DNA of 64,000 bases from Octopus vulgaris (Eukaryota): assembly GCA_951406725.2 (NCBI GenBank), contig OX597823.1, positions 92,380,001-92,444,000 on the forward strand. The letters are read 5' to 3'. This document shows positions 14,851-28,681 of this stretch, piece by piece. Both the position numbers and the translations under genes were made by a program. Positions within the stretch are counted from its first letter, which is position 1; each line of letters begins with the position of its first letter. Below the pieces are notes generated by a model. The model did no database searches. It saw only the letters and a program-made list of their open reading frames with translations, and had not been told where the DNA came from.

Positions 14851-15701
14851 ATATAGATCTGCCTTCAACTCTGTCATGTGGTTGTGTTTCGCTTATTTTT
14901 GTGTGTTTTACAACATAAATATTACCAACTACATACCCTGAGTAATTACTGAAGACAAGTGCCTGGTATGTATGTATTACTACGAGTATCCTCGGATGTG
15001 TACGTACCCGTGTACGAGTGTGAGTTCGATCCCGGTCACTCATAATGTGAAATAGTATACATTTTCACTTTTTCTTTACCATCCTTTTAAAACATTTTCT
15101 CACTCAATTTTACAATTTCAAATCAAGCTTTTTTTATATTCTTCGAAATTAGTTTCTTTTCTCTCATTGGAATTACACTGACATTCCAAAAACCAAAACA
15201 TGTTTTTTTTTGTTTATTTTGTATATTCCACACATACTAACTGCAGATATGGATTTAGACTTACAGCCAACATCACAACCTGCAGCACACAACTGTCTTC
15301 ATTGTAGATATCACATCAAAAAACGAGATATTGAAGACGTACAGTGGATGATTACAGCGTGTAGTAGAAATACGCAACGAGAAATACCCGAATGAGGAGT
15401 TTATTCTCAAAGGAAACTATTTCAAGCCGTCACCTGTCAACGGTAAATTTAATGATTCAAACTTTCGTCATTGAGAGTGGATGCGGTGTAATTTATGTTC
15501 TTTTTCTTTCCAATTAAATTCTCATTTATTTCATGTTCACACTTGTCAGAGAAGTTAAGACGTCGACCGGAAAATCCCATAATTCAAATTGTGGGCAAAT
15601 AATTAAAGAATGCCGGAGTTGAAGAAGTTACATTTAATATGTCTGTATATATGCACACACTTACACAGACACACAACACACACACACTTACACAGACAAA
15701 T

Positions 15702-15748
<47 letters not shown>

Positions 15749-15838
15749 AATAAATATATATGTGTGTGTATGTATATGTATATGCATGTTTGTACGTTTG
15801 TATTTATATATACACAGACACATATATCTATCTATCTC

Positions 15839-15930
<92 letters not shown>

Positions 15931-16049
15931 TACACACTCAAGCACACACACACATATATATTTACATATCTATATTTTATATATTATATGTATGAGATTT
16001 TATATCTCTAAATATACATGTATATAGTTATACATCCGTACTGATCTGT

Positions 16050-16184
16050 ATGTATGTACGTTTGTATGTGCGTATGTATGTATGTTTGTATTTACATACA
16101 TCTATGTATGTATATAACTATGCATGCATGTATGTATGTATGTATGTATGTATGTATGTATGTATGTATGTATGTATGTATGTA

Positions 16185-16219
<35 letters not shown>

Positions 16220-16258
16220 ATGTATGTATGTATGTATGTATGTATGTATGTGTGTGTA
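16050..16258. repeat. (TATG)n microsatellite
   Basis: Direct reading. Confidence 0.95.
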
Positions 16259-16876
16259 TAGAATGGAAATCACGTCTTCGCAGCCGTCGTTCGCCTTTTC
16301 TTACAGCGTCATAATTCATTAAGGCCAACCCTTACTTTGTGTCCTTCATTCTCTCTTATTTCATGCTCCGTCGTTTACAATTCCCCATAATCTCCTGTTT
16401 ACCTTTTCTGTCTGTGAAGCGATTGTTCTATGATAATTACGAGCTGAATGATGGACGCTTGGTTAGTTCACTAATTTCTGCAACCACGTATTACATCACG
16501 TTGAAAGAGGATGACAGTGGGGGTGAATAAGAAATACAGAATGTGTTAACGTAAGAAGTGCGTAATGAGTGCACATAGTAGGCTTGGCGTCAGAAGGAGG
16601 AGCCGAGAGAATAAATGATGAATTAATTTTAGGAGGAGTTGTATTAGAAATTTGATTTATTTAATTCCATTTTAAGGTAATAGATATTTTTGTTTCCTAT
16701 CATTATTTTATACAAATATATTTGATAAAAGTTGGATTATAATTATACCGCGTACATTATATTTTCTACATTTCCCATACAGGCGATAGTGAACTTCCAA
16801 ACTTTACTGCCATATGTTTCAGTAACATTCTTGTTGTTTTTAATAAGTTGGAATATAATTCTTTAACTGATACTTT

Positions 16877-17043
16877 TCGGTTACGACAACTCGTGTTCCA
16901 GTTGATCCCGCAACGGAACGGCCTGTTCGTGAAATTAATGTGCAAGTGGCTGAGCATTCCACAGACACACCTACCCTTAACGTAGTTTTCAGCTTGACAT
17001 TAAATGCTGAACATTGAAACACAGGTACTTCTCATTTTTGCAA
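16877..17043 (-). mobile_element. SINE tail X fragment
   Basis: tccagttgatc...gtgcaagtggctgagcattccacagacac is the reverse of tail X. Confidence 0.8.
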
Positions 17044-17109
17044 TCCGAGATTAAATAACATAGGTATTGACCTAGAGTCTAGAGAAAGTGACCACGGTGG
17101 TCAGTAGCA

Positions 17110-17182
17110 GGTGGAATTTACCATGGTGGAATATACCGTGGTGAAATTTATCTGTTGGAATTCTCTGTGGTGGAATTCACCT
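17110..17182. repeat. ~15-bp quasi-palindromic tandem array (GGTGGAATTNACC) x5
   Basis: Direct reading. Confidence 0.75.
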
Positions 17183-17880
17183 AAAACATACAGAGAGTCG
17201 TAGAAGCTTGTAAGAAGAGATATCGTCGGATTACATGCTGGTGAATAATTGGTAAATTAATATACAATAAGTCCGCAACTACACGCAAACATCATAACAA
17301 TATGAAAGACGTTAACTTTACCATACTATTAAGTAGGATATACAATTATGGCTTCCATCCATCTTCTGAATATTGGTCATCATAAAACATTATAATACAC
17401 TACACGAAATAATATTAAATGGGGATACGATAATTGATTGCACGAATATTTTATAGAAATTTTCAAAAAGGGGAGACAACTGTGGAAACATTATTGACAG
17501 CAAAGTACGAACTCAGAGCAAGAATGATTATATTAAATATTTCACAAAATCTCTCAGGTTTAAACCGTTAAATAGTTTTGAATTCGACATTGACAATTTG
17601 ATCAGCTTGAAGAGAATATCAATGTTTCTTTGAAGTCTGATACAAAGGACAACAACGATACGCCAATAACGCTTCCATTTTATTGAAATGATAGAAGGCT
17701 TTCAGAAGTCAATGGTCTGAGAAGTGATGGGCTTTTTCCAAATTAAACATAAAAAAGAATAAGGAAATATGAAATCACCTCACTGAAAAAAACTAAACAG
17801 GAATGCAGTGTCATCTTTAACACACAAATGCACCCCCACACGTACACACACACACATATATATATATACATGTATACATA

Positions 17881-17926
<46 letters not shown>

Positions 17927-18534
17927 TATAATGTGCACATATCTACATATATATATATATACACATGTGCACATATCTACATACACACGGAAATATACAC
18001 GTATTTGTATATATACACATGTGTATATATATGCATAGATATGAATTTTCAATTACTTTCCTTATGAATAATCCGGGCAGAATGACTTTCTTCGGCGTAA
18101 AAAGAAAACTTGCAGATTTATAGTATACATTAAACACTCCAATGATCGTGTGGCCATCACGTGAATTAGAAATAATACACAACAAAGGGACCAAAACGGA
18201 TAAGTGAAGATTAACCTTGATGGCTCACATTCGAATATTTGATTTAAGCGAAATTGTCGCGCTTCCAAAATTGAAATAGTTAAGAGAAAATAAGCATAAA
18301 TAATTAAATGGAAATAATTAAATTAGGTAAAAAAAAAAAGTTATTGAAAGTCATTTGAAATAATATTGATGATACGCGATAAAAAAATGATAAAAGCCTT
18401 TATCTTAGATGTTGCCATATGAAATAAGGTGGATGTTAATTGCATTGAAAATAATTAAATTGAATATAGGAGGGATTAAATCAAATGCGCATGTGCGGAG
18501 TGTTGAACTGCAAGTCAGGCCGTGGTCGTTAAAT

Positions 18535-19020
18535 GTGTGTATGTGTGTGTGTGTACGGGTGAGTGTGTCATTGTGTGCGCGGGTGAGTGTGTGTGTGTGT
18601 ATGCGCGTGAGTGTGTGTTTGTATGTGGGTGAGCGGGTGCGTGTATGCGTGTAAGTGTGTGTGCGCGGGTGACTGTGTGTATGTGTGTAGCTGTATGTGT
18701 AAGTAAGTGTTTATGTAACTGTGTGTGTGAATGTGTGTGTGTGCGCGGGTGAATGTGTGTGTATGCGCGTAAGTGTGTGTCTGTATGTGTGTGAGCGGGT
18801 GAGTGTGTGTGTATGTTCGTGAGTGTGTGTTAGTCTGTGTAAGTGTGTGTGCGCGGGTGACTGTGTGTATGTGTATAGCCGTATGTGTAACTGAGTGTTT
18901 GTGAAACTGTGTGTGTGTGAATGCGTGTGTGTGTTCGGGTGAGTGTGTGTGTATGCGCGTGAGTGTATGTATGTGTATCCTGGTGAGTGTGTGTTTACGC
19001 GGGTGTGTGTGTGTATGTGA
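18535..19020. repeat. TG-rich higher-order repeat, ~188-bp period
   Basis: gtaagtgtgtgtgcgcgggtgactgtgtgtatgtg at both 18651 and 18839. Confidence 0.8.
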
Positions 19021-19439
19021 GAGAGAGAGAGAGAGAGAGAGAGAGCAAGAGAAAGAGAGTAATTTAAATTTACAAGGTGCACACTTGAACTTAAATATCA
19101 GATTTATTCGCTAATGGAACACTAATTTTTACGATGCATTTATCGGATTTCTGATATCATGTTGGATTTAAAAAGGTAACTTAATTAGAACCACAAAATT
19201 AAAATTCGCACGGCAGCACCTTTTTGCTGTGTCTCCGTGCTGAGTCATATTAGGATTGGAGGTGAGGAAGTGCCAAAGGGAAAAATTTTAAGACTGCCGG
19301 AGACAAATCCAATTCTAGGAAATTGTCGTTATCAATAAAATATGGATTTCATGGCGTTTAAGAATTTCTGACGGGAATTTAGATGGTGAGGTCCTCATAG
19401 TTTTCATCATCAGTATCCGCCACACCTTAACATTACTGT

Positions 19440-19666
19440 CCCAGTTTTTATGACTGGTTACCCATTTCCCATTGTCAATAATTGACCATCTCCTCCAAAT
19501 GGGACGCCAGTTTGTCGTAGGGTTACTCATTTAGAGCTGATTTGAATGGATCAACGTGAAATGAAGTGGTTTAACTCAAGAAAAGTAAGATCCATTCGAT
19601 CCAGGTATCGATGCACGACCTTGTGATCGGTGGAGGAACAGTCTAAGCACAAGTCCACGCGGCTTC
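19440..19666 (-). mobile_element. Degenerate SINE: CORE-type head plus tail Y
   Basis: Reverse reads ...ttgagttaaaccacttcatttcacgttg...ctaaatgagtaaccctacgacaaactggcgtccc. Confidence 0.55.
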
Positions 19667-19792
19667 GCCCTCAACCCTTGGTTGCACTTGTTGCAATACA
19701 AGGAAGAATTATTAAACACTTCAAGAGTAAGTGATGTATTCGAAGTGCATGATCTAATATTACATGCGATTCCCTTACTAATTGCGAACATA

Positions 19793-20200
19793 GGCACAGG
19801 GGTCGCTGTGTGGTAAGTAGCTTCCTTACCAACCACATGGTCCAGGGTTCAATCCTACTGCGTGGCACCTTGGGTAAGTGTCTCCTACTATAGCCTCGGG
19901 TCGACCGCAGCCTTGTTAGTGGATTTGGTAGACAGAAACTGAAAGAAGCCCGTCGTATATGTGTGTGTGTGTGTATGTTTGTGTGTCTGTGTTTGTCCCT
20001 CCCCCCACCCAACATCGCTTCACAACCGATGCTTGTGTGTGTAGGTCAACGTAACTTAGCGGTTCGGTAAAGAGACGTTAGAAAATGTACTAGACTTACA
20101 AAGAATAAGTTCGGGGGACGATTTGTTCGACTACAAGCAGTGCTCTAGCATGGCCGCAGTCAATTGATTGAAACAAATAAAAGAATAAAAGAGTATAAGA
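19793..20200 (+). mobile_element. SINE family A, full length
   Basis: ggcacagg..gctgtgtggtaagtagc...gggttcaatcc...ccttgggtaagtg...catggccgcagtcaattgattgaaac. Confidence 0.92.
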
Positions 20201-20242
20201 GAATATTACTGTTACCACAAATAATATACACACACGCACACA

Positions 20243-20400
20243 TACGAGGTGTTATAAAAAAATTCCCAGACTAATTATTTACCGAAGCTTTAGTATGATC
20301 TTCTTCGATATAGTCACCTTGCGCAGCACTGCACCGGTCCCAGCATTCCTGCCGGTTCAGGAATCCGGCCTGAAATCTCGGTAATGATGACTTTTTAGCA
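20243..20400 (-). mobile_element. Mariner-type transposon 3' end remnant
   Basis: TA-cgagg terminal motif. Minus translation RQECWDRCSAAQGDYIEED resembles the mariner C-terminus (RW.KC...GDY.E). Confidence 0.65.
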
Positions 20401-20529
20401 GCCTTTCCGTCTCGAGAAAGAGACGGAAGCCAGTATGTACTAAATTTATCGAATAGTGTTGGGGTCAGAGGCAAAGCCATGTTGTTTTTGCCATGAAACT
20501 CCCGAGTGAGGAGAACTTAATGACATGGT

Positions 20530-20850
20530 GAATAGTTGTTGTGAAGAAACATTATTGTTGCAGAAATAGCAGTCCATGAAATGATCATTCGGCTCTCTCC
20601 ATATCATAAGTAATGCAAACAGCATTGCTCTCTTCCCCATATTTAGCTAATCCCTTAGTCCATTTGAACAAGCTGAGCAGATGATGTGCAGGGCCCAACT
20701 CTTACCTTGATCCCCGAGATAGCAGTCAAATTATAACTGGTAGGTCTAGTTGATTTCACCTGTGATGGCACGTTGCTGAGCTTTGGTGTTAAATGAAACA
20801 CAGACATGACAAAATATATCAGGAACTGTTCTTGGAATGCCTTGACATCC
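20530..20850 (-). pseudogene. Chapaev3/CMC-like transposase N-terminal fragment with stops
   Basis: Minus translation PDIFCHVC...YLGDQGKSWALHIICSAC...MIWREPNDHFMDCYFC matches the GDQDKxWAPH / WREPxxHxxDCYFC Cys-rich motif. The family name is from recall. Confidence 0.7.
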
Positions 20851-21203
20851 TGAGTAGAATTTGATGACGATGATGATGACTTGGCACCTTAAACAGAAAG
20901 TAAAATTTATGAAAAGAAAAGATTATGAAAACATAAAATTACAAAATGAATACAAATAGTCATCAAACAGAAGTCAGAATTTACCTGTATAAGATGTTTA
21001 CATGTAGAGATACTGCTGATGGGAGTTATACACCTCTCTTATCTCATCACAAAATATTGTACCTGATGGAAGGAAACTGATTACATTATTGAAATCTGCG
21101 GACAAATCTACATATAAAACACCATATAATATCCCTGATGAAAATTGGCTGTTGACCAGTGTAATGAATAATATTGACATGCATTGCTTAACAATTTGAG
21201 TGC

Positions 21204-21580
21204 GGAGGCGAAATAGCCCAGTAGTTAGAGCAGCGGACTCGCGGTTGTAGGATAGCAGTTTCGTTTCCCAGAGCGAGCATTGTGAATATTTATTGAGCGT
21301 AAATACCTAAAGATCCAAGACGCTCCGGCAGAGGGTGTTGGCGAACCCTCCTGTACTCTTTCACCAGAACTTTCTCTCACCCTTTGTTCCTGTTTCTGTT
21401 GTACATGTATTTCAAGGGGCCAGTCGTGTCCCAGTTTGCGTGACGCTGAATCTCCCTGAGAACTACGTTAAGGCTACGCGTGTCTGTGGATTGCTCAGCC
21501 ACTTGCACGTTAATTTCACGAGCGGGTTGTTCTGTTGATTGGATCAACTGGAACACTCATCGTGACCGACGGAGTGCCAC
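21204..21580 (+). mobile_element. tRNA-derived SINE, head B plus tail X
   Basis: ggaggcg..tagcccagtagttag (A box)...tttattgagcg...ctcagccacttgcacgttaatttcacgagc...gacggagtgcc. Confidence 0.9.
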
Positions 21581-23193
21581 GACGGAGCACCCCTTCTAAA
21601 TCTAGAAAATTTGCCTTGCAATGAAAGCCCGATTTGATTATTATTTTTTCTTTTTTAATTTTCCATACACCCATTTTTATTAAAATTTACTTTCAATTTA
21701 GCATTCTGCCTTATTATAATTTCCCCTCTTCTATCGTTTCTCAACGTGCGAATAACACAACCCCAACATTTACTGACCTATTCATTCTTATATATATTTA
21801 ACATTTTTCCCGGTTTTTTCGGAGATTTTGTCATTTTTCACTAACGTGTTTGAATATAATTAGCATTTAATTAGGGATCCCCATAACACCTCCCTAAATA
21901 TTGTTTTATTTCATATCACAGAAGGTATTGATGATTATCGTGCAATTATATATGTGTCTTAGTGTATGTGTTTATGTATGTCTACATATACATATACAAT
22001 ATATATATATGTATATGCATGTATAGAATATGACTGAGATTCAGTTGAATTAGGTACTTAAATTGAGACACCTTGCTACTTCGGTATAATCTGCACACCT
22101 CAACAATATTATATATATATATGTATGTATGTATGTATATGTATATGCAGTCACACACCCGCACACACACACGCATATTATAGGCATTTATACGGAAATT
22201 CATAGCCCTACACACAGAGTGATTTATAAACATACGCACACGGAAACAGTGGCAAACGTACGCAAATACCTACACAATCTGTGTGTATGTGTGTGAGTGT
22301 GTGTGTTTGTGTATTTGTGTGTAATGCGTTCGTGCGCGTTTGTACGTGTGTATTCCAATATCCTCTTTAATGGCAGCAGAGATTTTGCGGTGGAAGTAAA
22401 CAATCAGAAATATAAAAATAATTTAGAATGATCAGTAATGAATGAGAATGTACATACGATCCTATTAATTACATGCCAGCGAGTTTCTTCACGATCAATG
22501 AGTGGACGTTAACAATATTTCATGTAGAAAACAATAATACAATATTATAGATTAATAAGATAATAAGAGAAAGTGTAGCAAGCCCTCAGATTTATGATTT
22601 ATCAAACTCATATAGATTTAATTATCAACGGGTCAGTGAAGTTAACTGTGAAAATATATTGTTCAATAGAAACAACTCGAAATGTTTATGCAATTAATGT
22701 ATATTTTGATTGAGGTTTTAGAGAGTGTTTCACCACCAATGTAATAACTCGTAGGAGGTAACTCCATACCGTTTCCAACAACGCTTATGCTTAGATCGGA
22801 GGTGCAGCTAATTGACATTTTATATTTCGTTGTTCCTAATAGTTTCGTTCACATGAAACCTACATGTTTGCCATTGCGTGCGAACCTACGACAATACCAT
22901 TTCTATAATAGAATTTGCTGGTACAAATCTAGGATTTCCGCAGCTTGTCTTGGAAACAAAGCTTTCACATTTTTTCTGTCAAAAAACAAAGCAAAGTGTT
23001 CTATTTTTCCTACTTTATTACATTATACATGCTAGTTACATTAGTTTATTTTCGCCTGTTAAAAGTCGAAAACGAATTGAAATTGATGCAAATTTTTGCC
23101 CCACGATATTCGCAAATCTCTACTCAGTAAAAGTCATATAGAAATATATCCGCCATCGAACGTGGTCAGGTGGCAAGTTGCTCGCTTACCATA

Positions 23194-23224
<31 letters not shown>

Positions 23225-23269
23225 GTGTTTGCGCGTGTTTGTATATGTCTATCTATGTGTATGAGTGTG

Positions 23270-23490
23270 CGCGTGCGGTTGTCTGTGTTTGTCCCCCACC
23301 GCTGGTAGACTACCGGTGTTGTGTGCATTCATCACGTCCCCGTTATCTGGTGATTTGGCAAAAACAGACCGATCAAATAAGTAATAGTCTTTACTATATA
23401 AATCCTTGGGTCTATTCATTCATCTGTAAATTCTTCAAGCGGGTGCTCCAGCTTGACCACAGTCTAATGAAAGAAGCAAATAAAAAAAAT
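23270..23490 (+). mobile_element. SINE family A 3' half, degenerate
   Basis: tgtttgtcccccaccgct...gaccgat..aataagta...cctt gggtc...gtgctccagc. Confidence 0.65.
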
Positions 23491-23815
23491 CTATAAATAC
23501 TGATTATATGACGAAAACTAAACGAAACCACGGTAGAAGTTGTAAGCAGAAACCCGCTAGATGCATTTTAATCACACTGCCGTCGGTCCGCAGGGATTTA
23601 TAAACCAAGTCTATGTGTGATTACTTCCGATTCTTGTCCCTTTGATATCTGTAAGAATCGCCGAATCCAATTTTGAGCCTGCGCAAATTAATGTCTGTGT
23701 GAGAACGTGGAAATGTAATGGTCATATCATCCCTATGCGGTAATGTCGACTTCGCTACTGTAGACATGACACGAAATGAAATCAAACAAGAAAAACGAAG
23801 TTGAAGACGAACAAA

Positions 23816-23832
23816 TAATAATAATAATAATG

Positions 23833-23905
<73 letters not shown>

Positions 23906-23946
23906 TGATGATGATAATAATAATTACAATAATAATAATAGTAATA

Positions 23947-24016
<70 letters not shown>

Positions 24017-24135
24017 TGATGACAAAAACAATAGCAACGTCAACAAGAACAACATCCACAAAGATGATGGTGATGATGATGATGATGAAGATGATGATGA
24101 TGATGATGAAGATGATAATAACAACGACAACGACG

Positions 24136-24176
<41 letters not shown>

Positions 24177-24191
24177 AATAATAATAATAAC

Positions 24192-24238
<47 letters not shown>

Positions 24239-24263
24239 TGATGATGATAATAATAATAGCAAT
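23816..24263. repeat. Long compound (ATA)n/(ATG)n/(ACA)n trinucleotide tract
   Basis: Direct reading. Source of the 250-, 171- and 141-aa homopolymer ORFs. Confidence 0.95.
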
Positions 24264-24774
24264 AGCAGGACGTGTCTCAAATCCCAGATGAAATAATTCC
24301 GTCGAAAGTTGATTTGGCAGCGAAAAATTAACCGATATTTGTCGTGCAATTCGTAAGAATTCTTTTGCTTCAGTGTGATTTTGCTTGATTCCTTCTTTTA
24401 CCGACGATACACGCGTATTTGGAAGTATGCGAAACGTATGTACGAACGCTTGCGAGTATGTATAGCGGTCATAGTATATATGCATGTATGCATGTATTTC
24501 AAAATGTCTGTGTATGTGTGTGTATATGTCTGTGTATGTGTACCTGTGTATGTGTATGTGTATGTGTTTGTGTGTGTGTTTTTATTAGTAGCGGTCTCTT
24601 TTATTTATGGTTAGTGTCTGATTAAATATTCCGGGTGTGTGTTTGTGTGTGACCTACTTCGTGTGACACAGAAGTAGGTATGTGATATGCAATATGTGGA
24701 TAGTGTTGTTGAAACTGGTTTAAGATCACAAAATAAAAACAAAAGCACAGAACCATATACATATATATATGCAT

Positions 24775-24863
<89 letters not shown>

Positions 24864-25127
24864 CATATGAACACAACAAGACAGATATCATTCACTCTCA
24901 ATTCTTTCCTGGCATCTTAATTTACTTAAATTGTTGGAAACTTTCAATAAAATGGTGTAGAAATTCTTTTGAAATAAACTAATAAAACATCACAGAAACA
25001 ATGGTACGACATTAGTTTTAAGTAGATGTTATTAGTTTATCTCAGTATGTGTGTGTGTGTGTGTAGTAGTAGTATGTATTTATATATACACACATAAAAG
25101 CACTCATACAAATGTACATAAACATGC

Positions 25128-25227
<100 letters not shown>

Positions 25228-26199
25228 GTGTGCTCAGATGCAGATACATACATATATGCGAACACAGGTTCACAGACACATTCACACAGCAGACAAATAC
25301 ATATAAATTTATATATGTGTAGGTGTGTGTGTGTTAATGGTATAATTCAAACTTTCATTACTACAATTTTAACAGGCGTCTTGACGTTTTGATGCAATAC
25401 TATTGATTGGTATAGCAGCCAACAAAGTTCTTCTGTAATTAGACATAATTTCTTCTGTGAATACATGCATAAAATTAAGTTTAGCTTGAGTTAAAAAGAG
25501 ATCATTTCCAACATCGCATGCCACCACATGGAACAGTCTAACACAAACAACTGCCAGAATTATTCTTTGGTCTCTCCATTATAGCAATCTATAGGTCGAC
25601 TCATCATGTTGACAAAATAATTAGATAAGCATTGTTTGTAGTAATTTTAATGGAAGGAGCATGAACCATTTGGACACTTTTAGATGTAGAGATGAGATGT
25701 CCCCTGTTTCATTTGGAAGCCTCAGAAAAGTGAAATGAGCTGCTCTCATACGTTTCTGGTTACACAATCCTAACACAGATTTCAGACTTGTTCCTTAAAA
25801 AAAGGGTCTTATATTTAAACACTCTGGTACACCCTTTAACAAGTAATCAGAATTTCCATATAGCTACGATCGACGGAGTTCTCTATTGCCTAATTTTATG
25901 GTATCATTTGTAAACGTCTTTCTCCCGAATTTGAAGGAAAACTTACGAAACATATTTGTGATCCTTTAAGTTACCATCTAATTTTCGCTACTAATCGGCT
26001 AAATTTCTCACGAAATCAATATATACGATACTTAATCTGTTGACTCAGAGTTGTGCCCGTGCTAGAAATCATCCAGTGGCCGCTGTAGCTTCTCACAGCC
26101 ATTGAAATACACAAACTAGCCAGTAAAACAAAGTACCGTATTTGGCAGCATATAAAACGATTTTTCCAGAAAAGATATCTGAAAAGACTCTGTCACGTC

Positions 26200-26593
26200 C
26201 AACCTTCGATGTCCAACCTTCTCTGCTAGTTCCTCAAAAGTTGCGATGGGATTTTGTCCCACCATGTTTTGCAGAACGATCTCGTCGAGCTTATCTTCTA
26301 GGCTGTAGTTTTCTGGAACCCCCGTTGAGACTGGCTTATGCTTATTGTCCAATCCCCGTATACTGCATTAATATTCCTCGCGTTGTTGAATTTAATGAAT
26401 TCATTAAGCAAAATATGCCTAATATGTCTCTTTGTCACTTCCATTATACAAAATGACTTTAAATCGAAACAGGAACTAATAACAAGAAGAAGGTAAAATC
26501 ACTAGCTGCTTTTATAGCAAGTTGATCTCGCGCCCCTCCGACGTTTAGTTCATGCAATTTCAGAAACCGCATTATTTATGAGATAACCCAATA
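26200..26593 (-). mobile_element. Mariner-type transposon 5' remnant
   Basis: TIR-like tattgggttatctcataaataatgcgg. From ATG 26444, frameshifted MEVTKRHIRHILLNEF..ARNINAVYGD..SQSQRGFQK..NYSLEDK..QNPIATFEELAEKVG (paired-like HTH). Confidence 0.7.
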
Positions 26594-27164
26594 CAGTACA
26601 AATATTTCATCACTATAAGTGAAACTTCTGTGCTTGTTGTTTAGCAAGTAATTTGCCTGACTCACATCTCCCGTTTGCAACAAATAAGCGTTCTGCAAAA
26701 AATAGAACCTTTTCCTTTCCCGAGAGCAGAAATCCTTCAGTTACTCGTTGTTATCATCAATTCGACACAGGGAATATTTTCCCTTTTACCACTAATTTTA
26801 AAGCCTAATTTTCAACTTAAATATTATCAGCATCGGTTTGGCGGTCTTCTGGAAAATTCGGTATACTGTTGTATTTTGACTCCCCAAACAAACTTCGCTG
26901 CACTTTATTTTGTTTACTAAAATGTCAACAAAAACAACTACAAGTCTGTCTGGAACGGCAAATTTGTAAATGCCACCTTCGTAACACTCGGCCACACGCC
27001 AGCGGATTAGAGAGCTCACTAATTACTTATGTAAGCAGTAGTTACATCAAATTCCTACTGGATATGTATGAAATATTTCTTTAATGATTCTTAGAATACG
27101 GCAGAGAATTATCATGTCTTGGCTAGATTACCTTTCGTTTCATAAATATTCTTTTATTCATAAA

Positions 27165-27340
27165 CTTGCTTCCATCATTGAGCTGCGGCCATGTTGTGGC
27201 ACCGTCTTCGTATATTTCGTCGATGAAATCACAATTCCAGTAATTAAATTTATTTTCTCAATTTGTCTCTCCCTAATTGCCGAACTGCTAAGTTACGGAT
27301 CAAAAACAAACCAGCATCAGTTTTTCAAGTGATGTAAACC
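27165..27340 (-). mobile_element. SINE family A 3' half, degenerate
   Basis: ctgcggccatg...gccgaactgctaagttacgg...ccagcatc. Confidence 0.6.
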
Positions 27341-27515
27341 AAGACACTAAATAGACAAACACATCCAAAACCACATATAAATACACCGATGACGATACTT
27401 CATGACACATGTATACACTACATACACATGTAGGAATGTGAGTACATGGATTTATCAATGGCTGCTTATATGTATGTATACCTCTGGAGCAGGAGCAGCA
27501 CCATCAGGACCAGAG

Positions 27516-27577
<62 letters not shown>

Positions 27578-27957
27578 TCACATCGTGGCACTCCGTCAGT
27601 TACGACGGCAAGGGTTCCAGTTGATCCGATCAACGGAACAGCCTGCTTGTAAAATTAACGTGCACTCCGCAGACACGTGTACTATGTACTAATAACGTAA
27701 TTCTCCGAGGAGATTCAGCGTGACACAGAGTGTAAAAAAGCTGGCCCCTTTGAAATACAGGTACAAGAGAAACGGGCAGAAAGCGTGAGAGAAAGTTGTG
27801 GTGAAAGAATACAGTAGGGTCCCCCCCTCCTGCTGGAGCCTTCTGGAACTTTTGGTATTCTCGCTCAATAAACACTCACAACGCCCGGTCAGGGAAACGA
27901 AACTGCGACCATACAACTGCGCGTCCGCTGCCCTAACCACGGGGCCATTGTGCCTCC
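27516..27957 (-). mobile_element. SINE head B plus tail X, with an adjacent (ACT)n tract at its 3' end
   Basis: Element 27585-27957 is the reverse of 21204-21580. (TAG)n at 27516-27577. Confidence 0.9.
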
Positions 27958-28384
27958 ACAAGTAGTTCACATATTCACCGTTTAATTCTGAGGAGGCAGA
28001 CGGAATATATTACACTCCGAGTTCTCCATAATTTGGATATCACTGAAAAGGTATGATGAAACGTGATTAAAGTCGTGATATTAAGGTGTGATGCACGTAA
28101 CCCTTTTTTTACATTTACTGAAGTCGGATCTGCATGACCTTTGAATTTGAATGGTAATCCAGATAATAGGGTGAGGACGGATGTAAATGGAATTGTTGTC
28201 AGTCGATCAGATAGGCACGCCTCAAGTCAGTGAGGAGTGAGGTGCTCTGTAAAGCCTGAGCGGAAGGGGCGAAATCTGTGCCCATTTTCTGCTGATGCCC
28301 TCCTGAAACTTACTGGCGTGCGCTATTCGGTGCTTTCGATTAATAACACTTGTACAAGCAAGCAGTTTGCAAGTCTCACTTAAT

Positions 28385-28681
28385 GTGTGTTTCTTAAATT
28401 TTGTGGACTCCCACAGCCATTTGATGTTTATAAACTAGTTTTATAGACGCTTCTTCCAAAATTCCTCTTTTGTTTTTCCCAGATAAACTTGTGTAGGTTG
28501 AACTATGTAAAACGCGAGAGAAAGAAACCTCTATAACAAAATATTTTCATCAACCCTTAAAATACTATTGTAGATCGTCAATTTACGGTTTTCTATGTGT
28601 TAACCCCAAAAACCTTATATGGAACCTCAAGGGTCCTATGGAAACCTGGGGATCCTATGGACCCCGGCTGAGAACCACAGC
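28385..28681. mobile_element. Possible hAT-type non-autonomous element remnant
   Basis: Right end ggaccccggctgagaaccac resembles the CAGTGGTTCTCAA-type TIR. The left end is degenerate. Confidence 0.35.

Noticed and set aside
17110-17182. CRISPR-like appearance of the short palindromic repeats
   Set aside because: No unique spacers, units too short, eukaryotic context and no cas genes.
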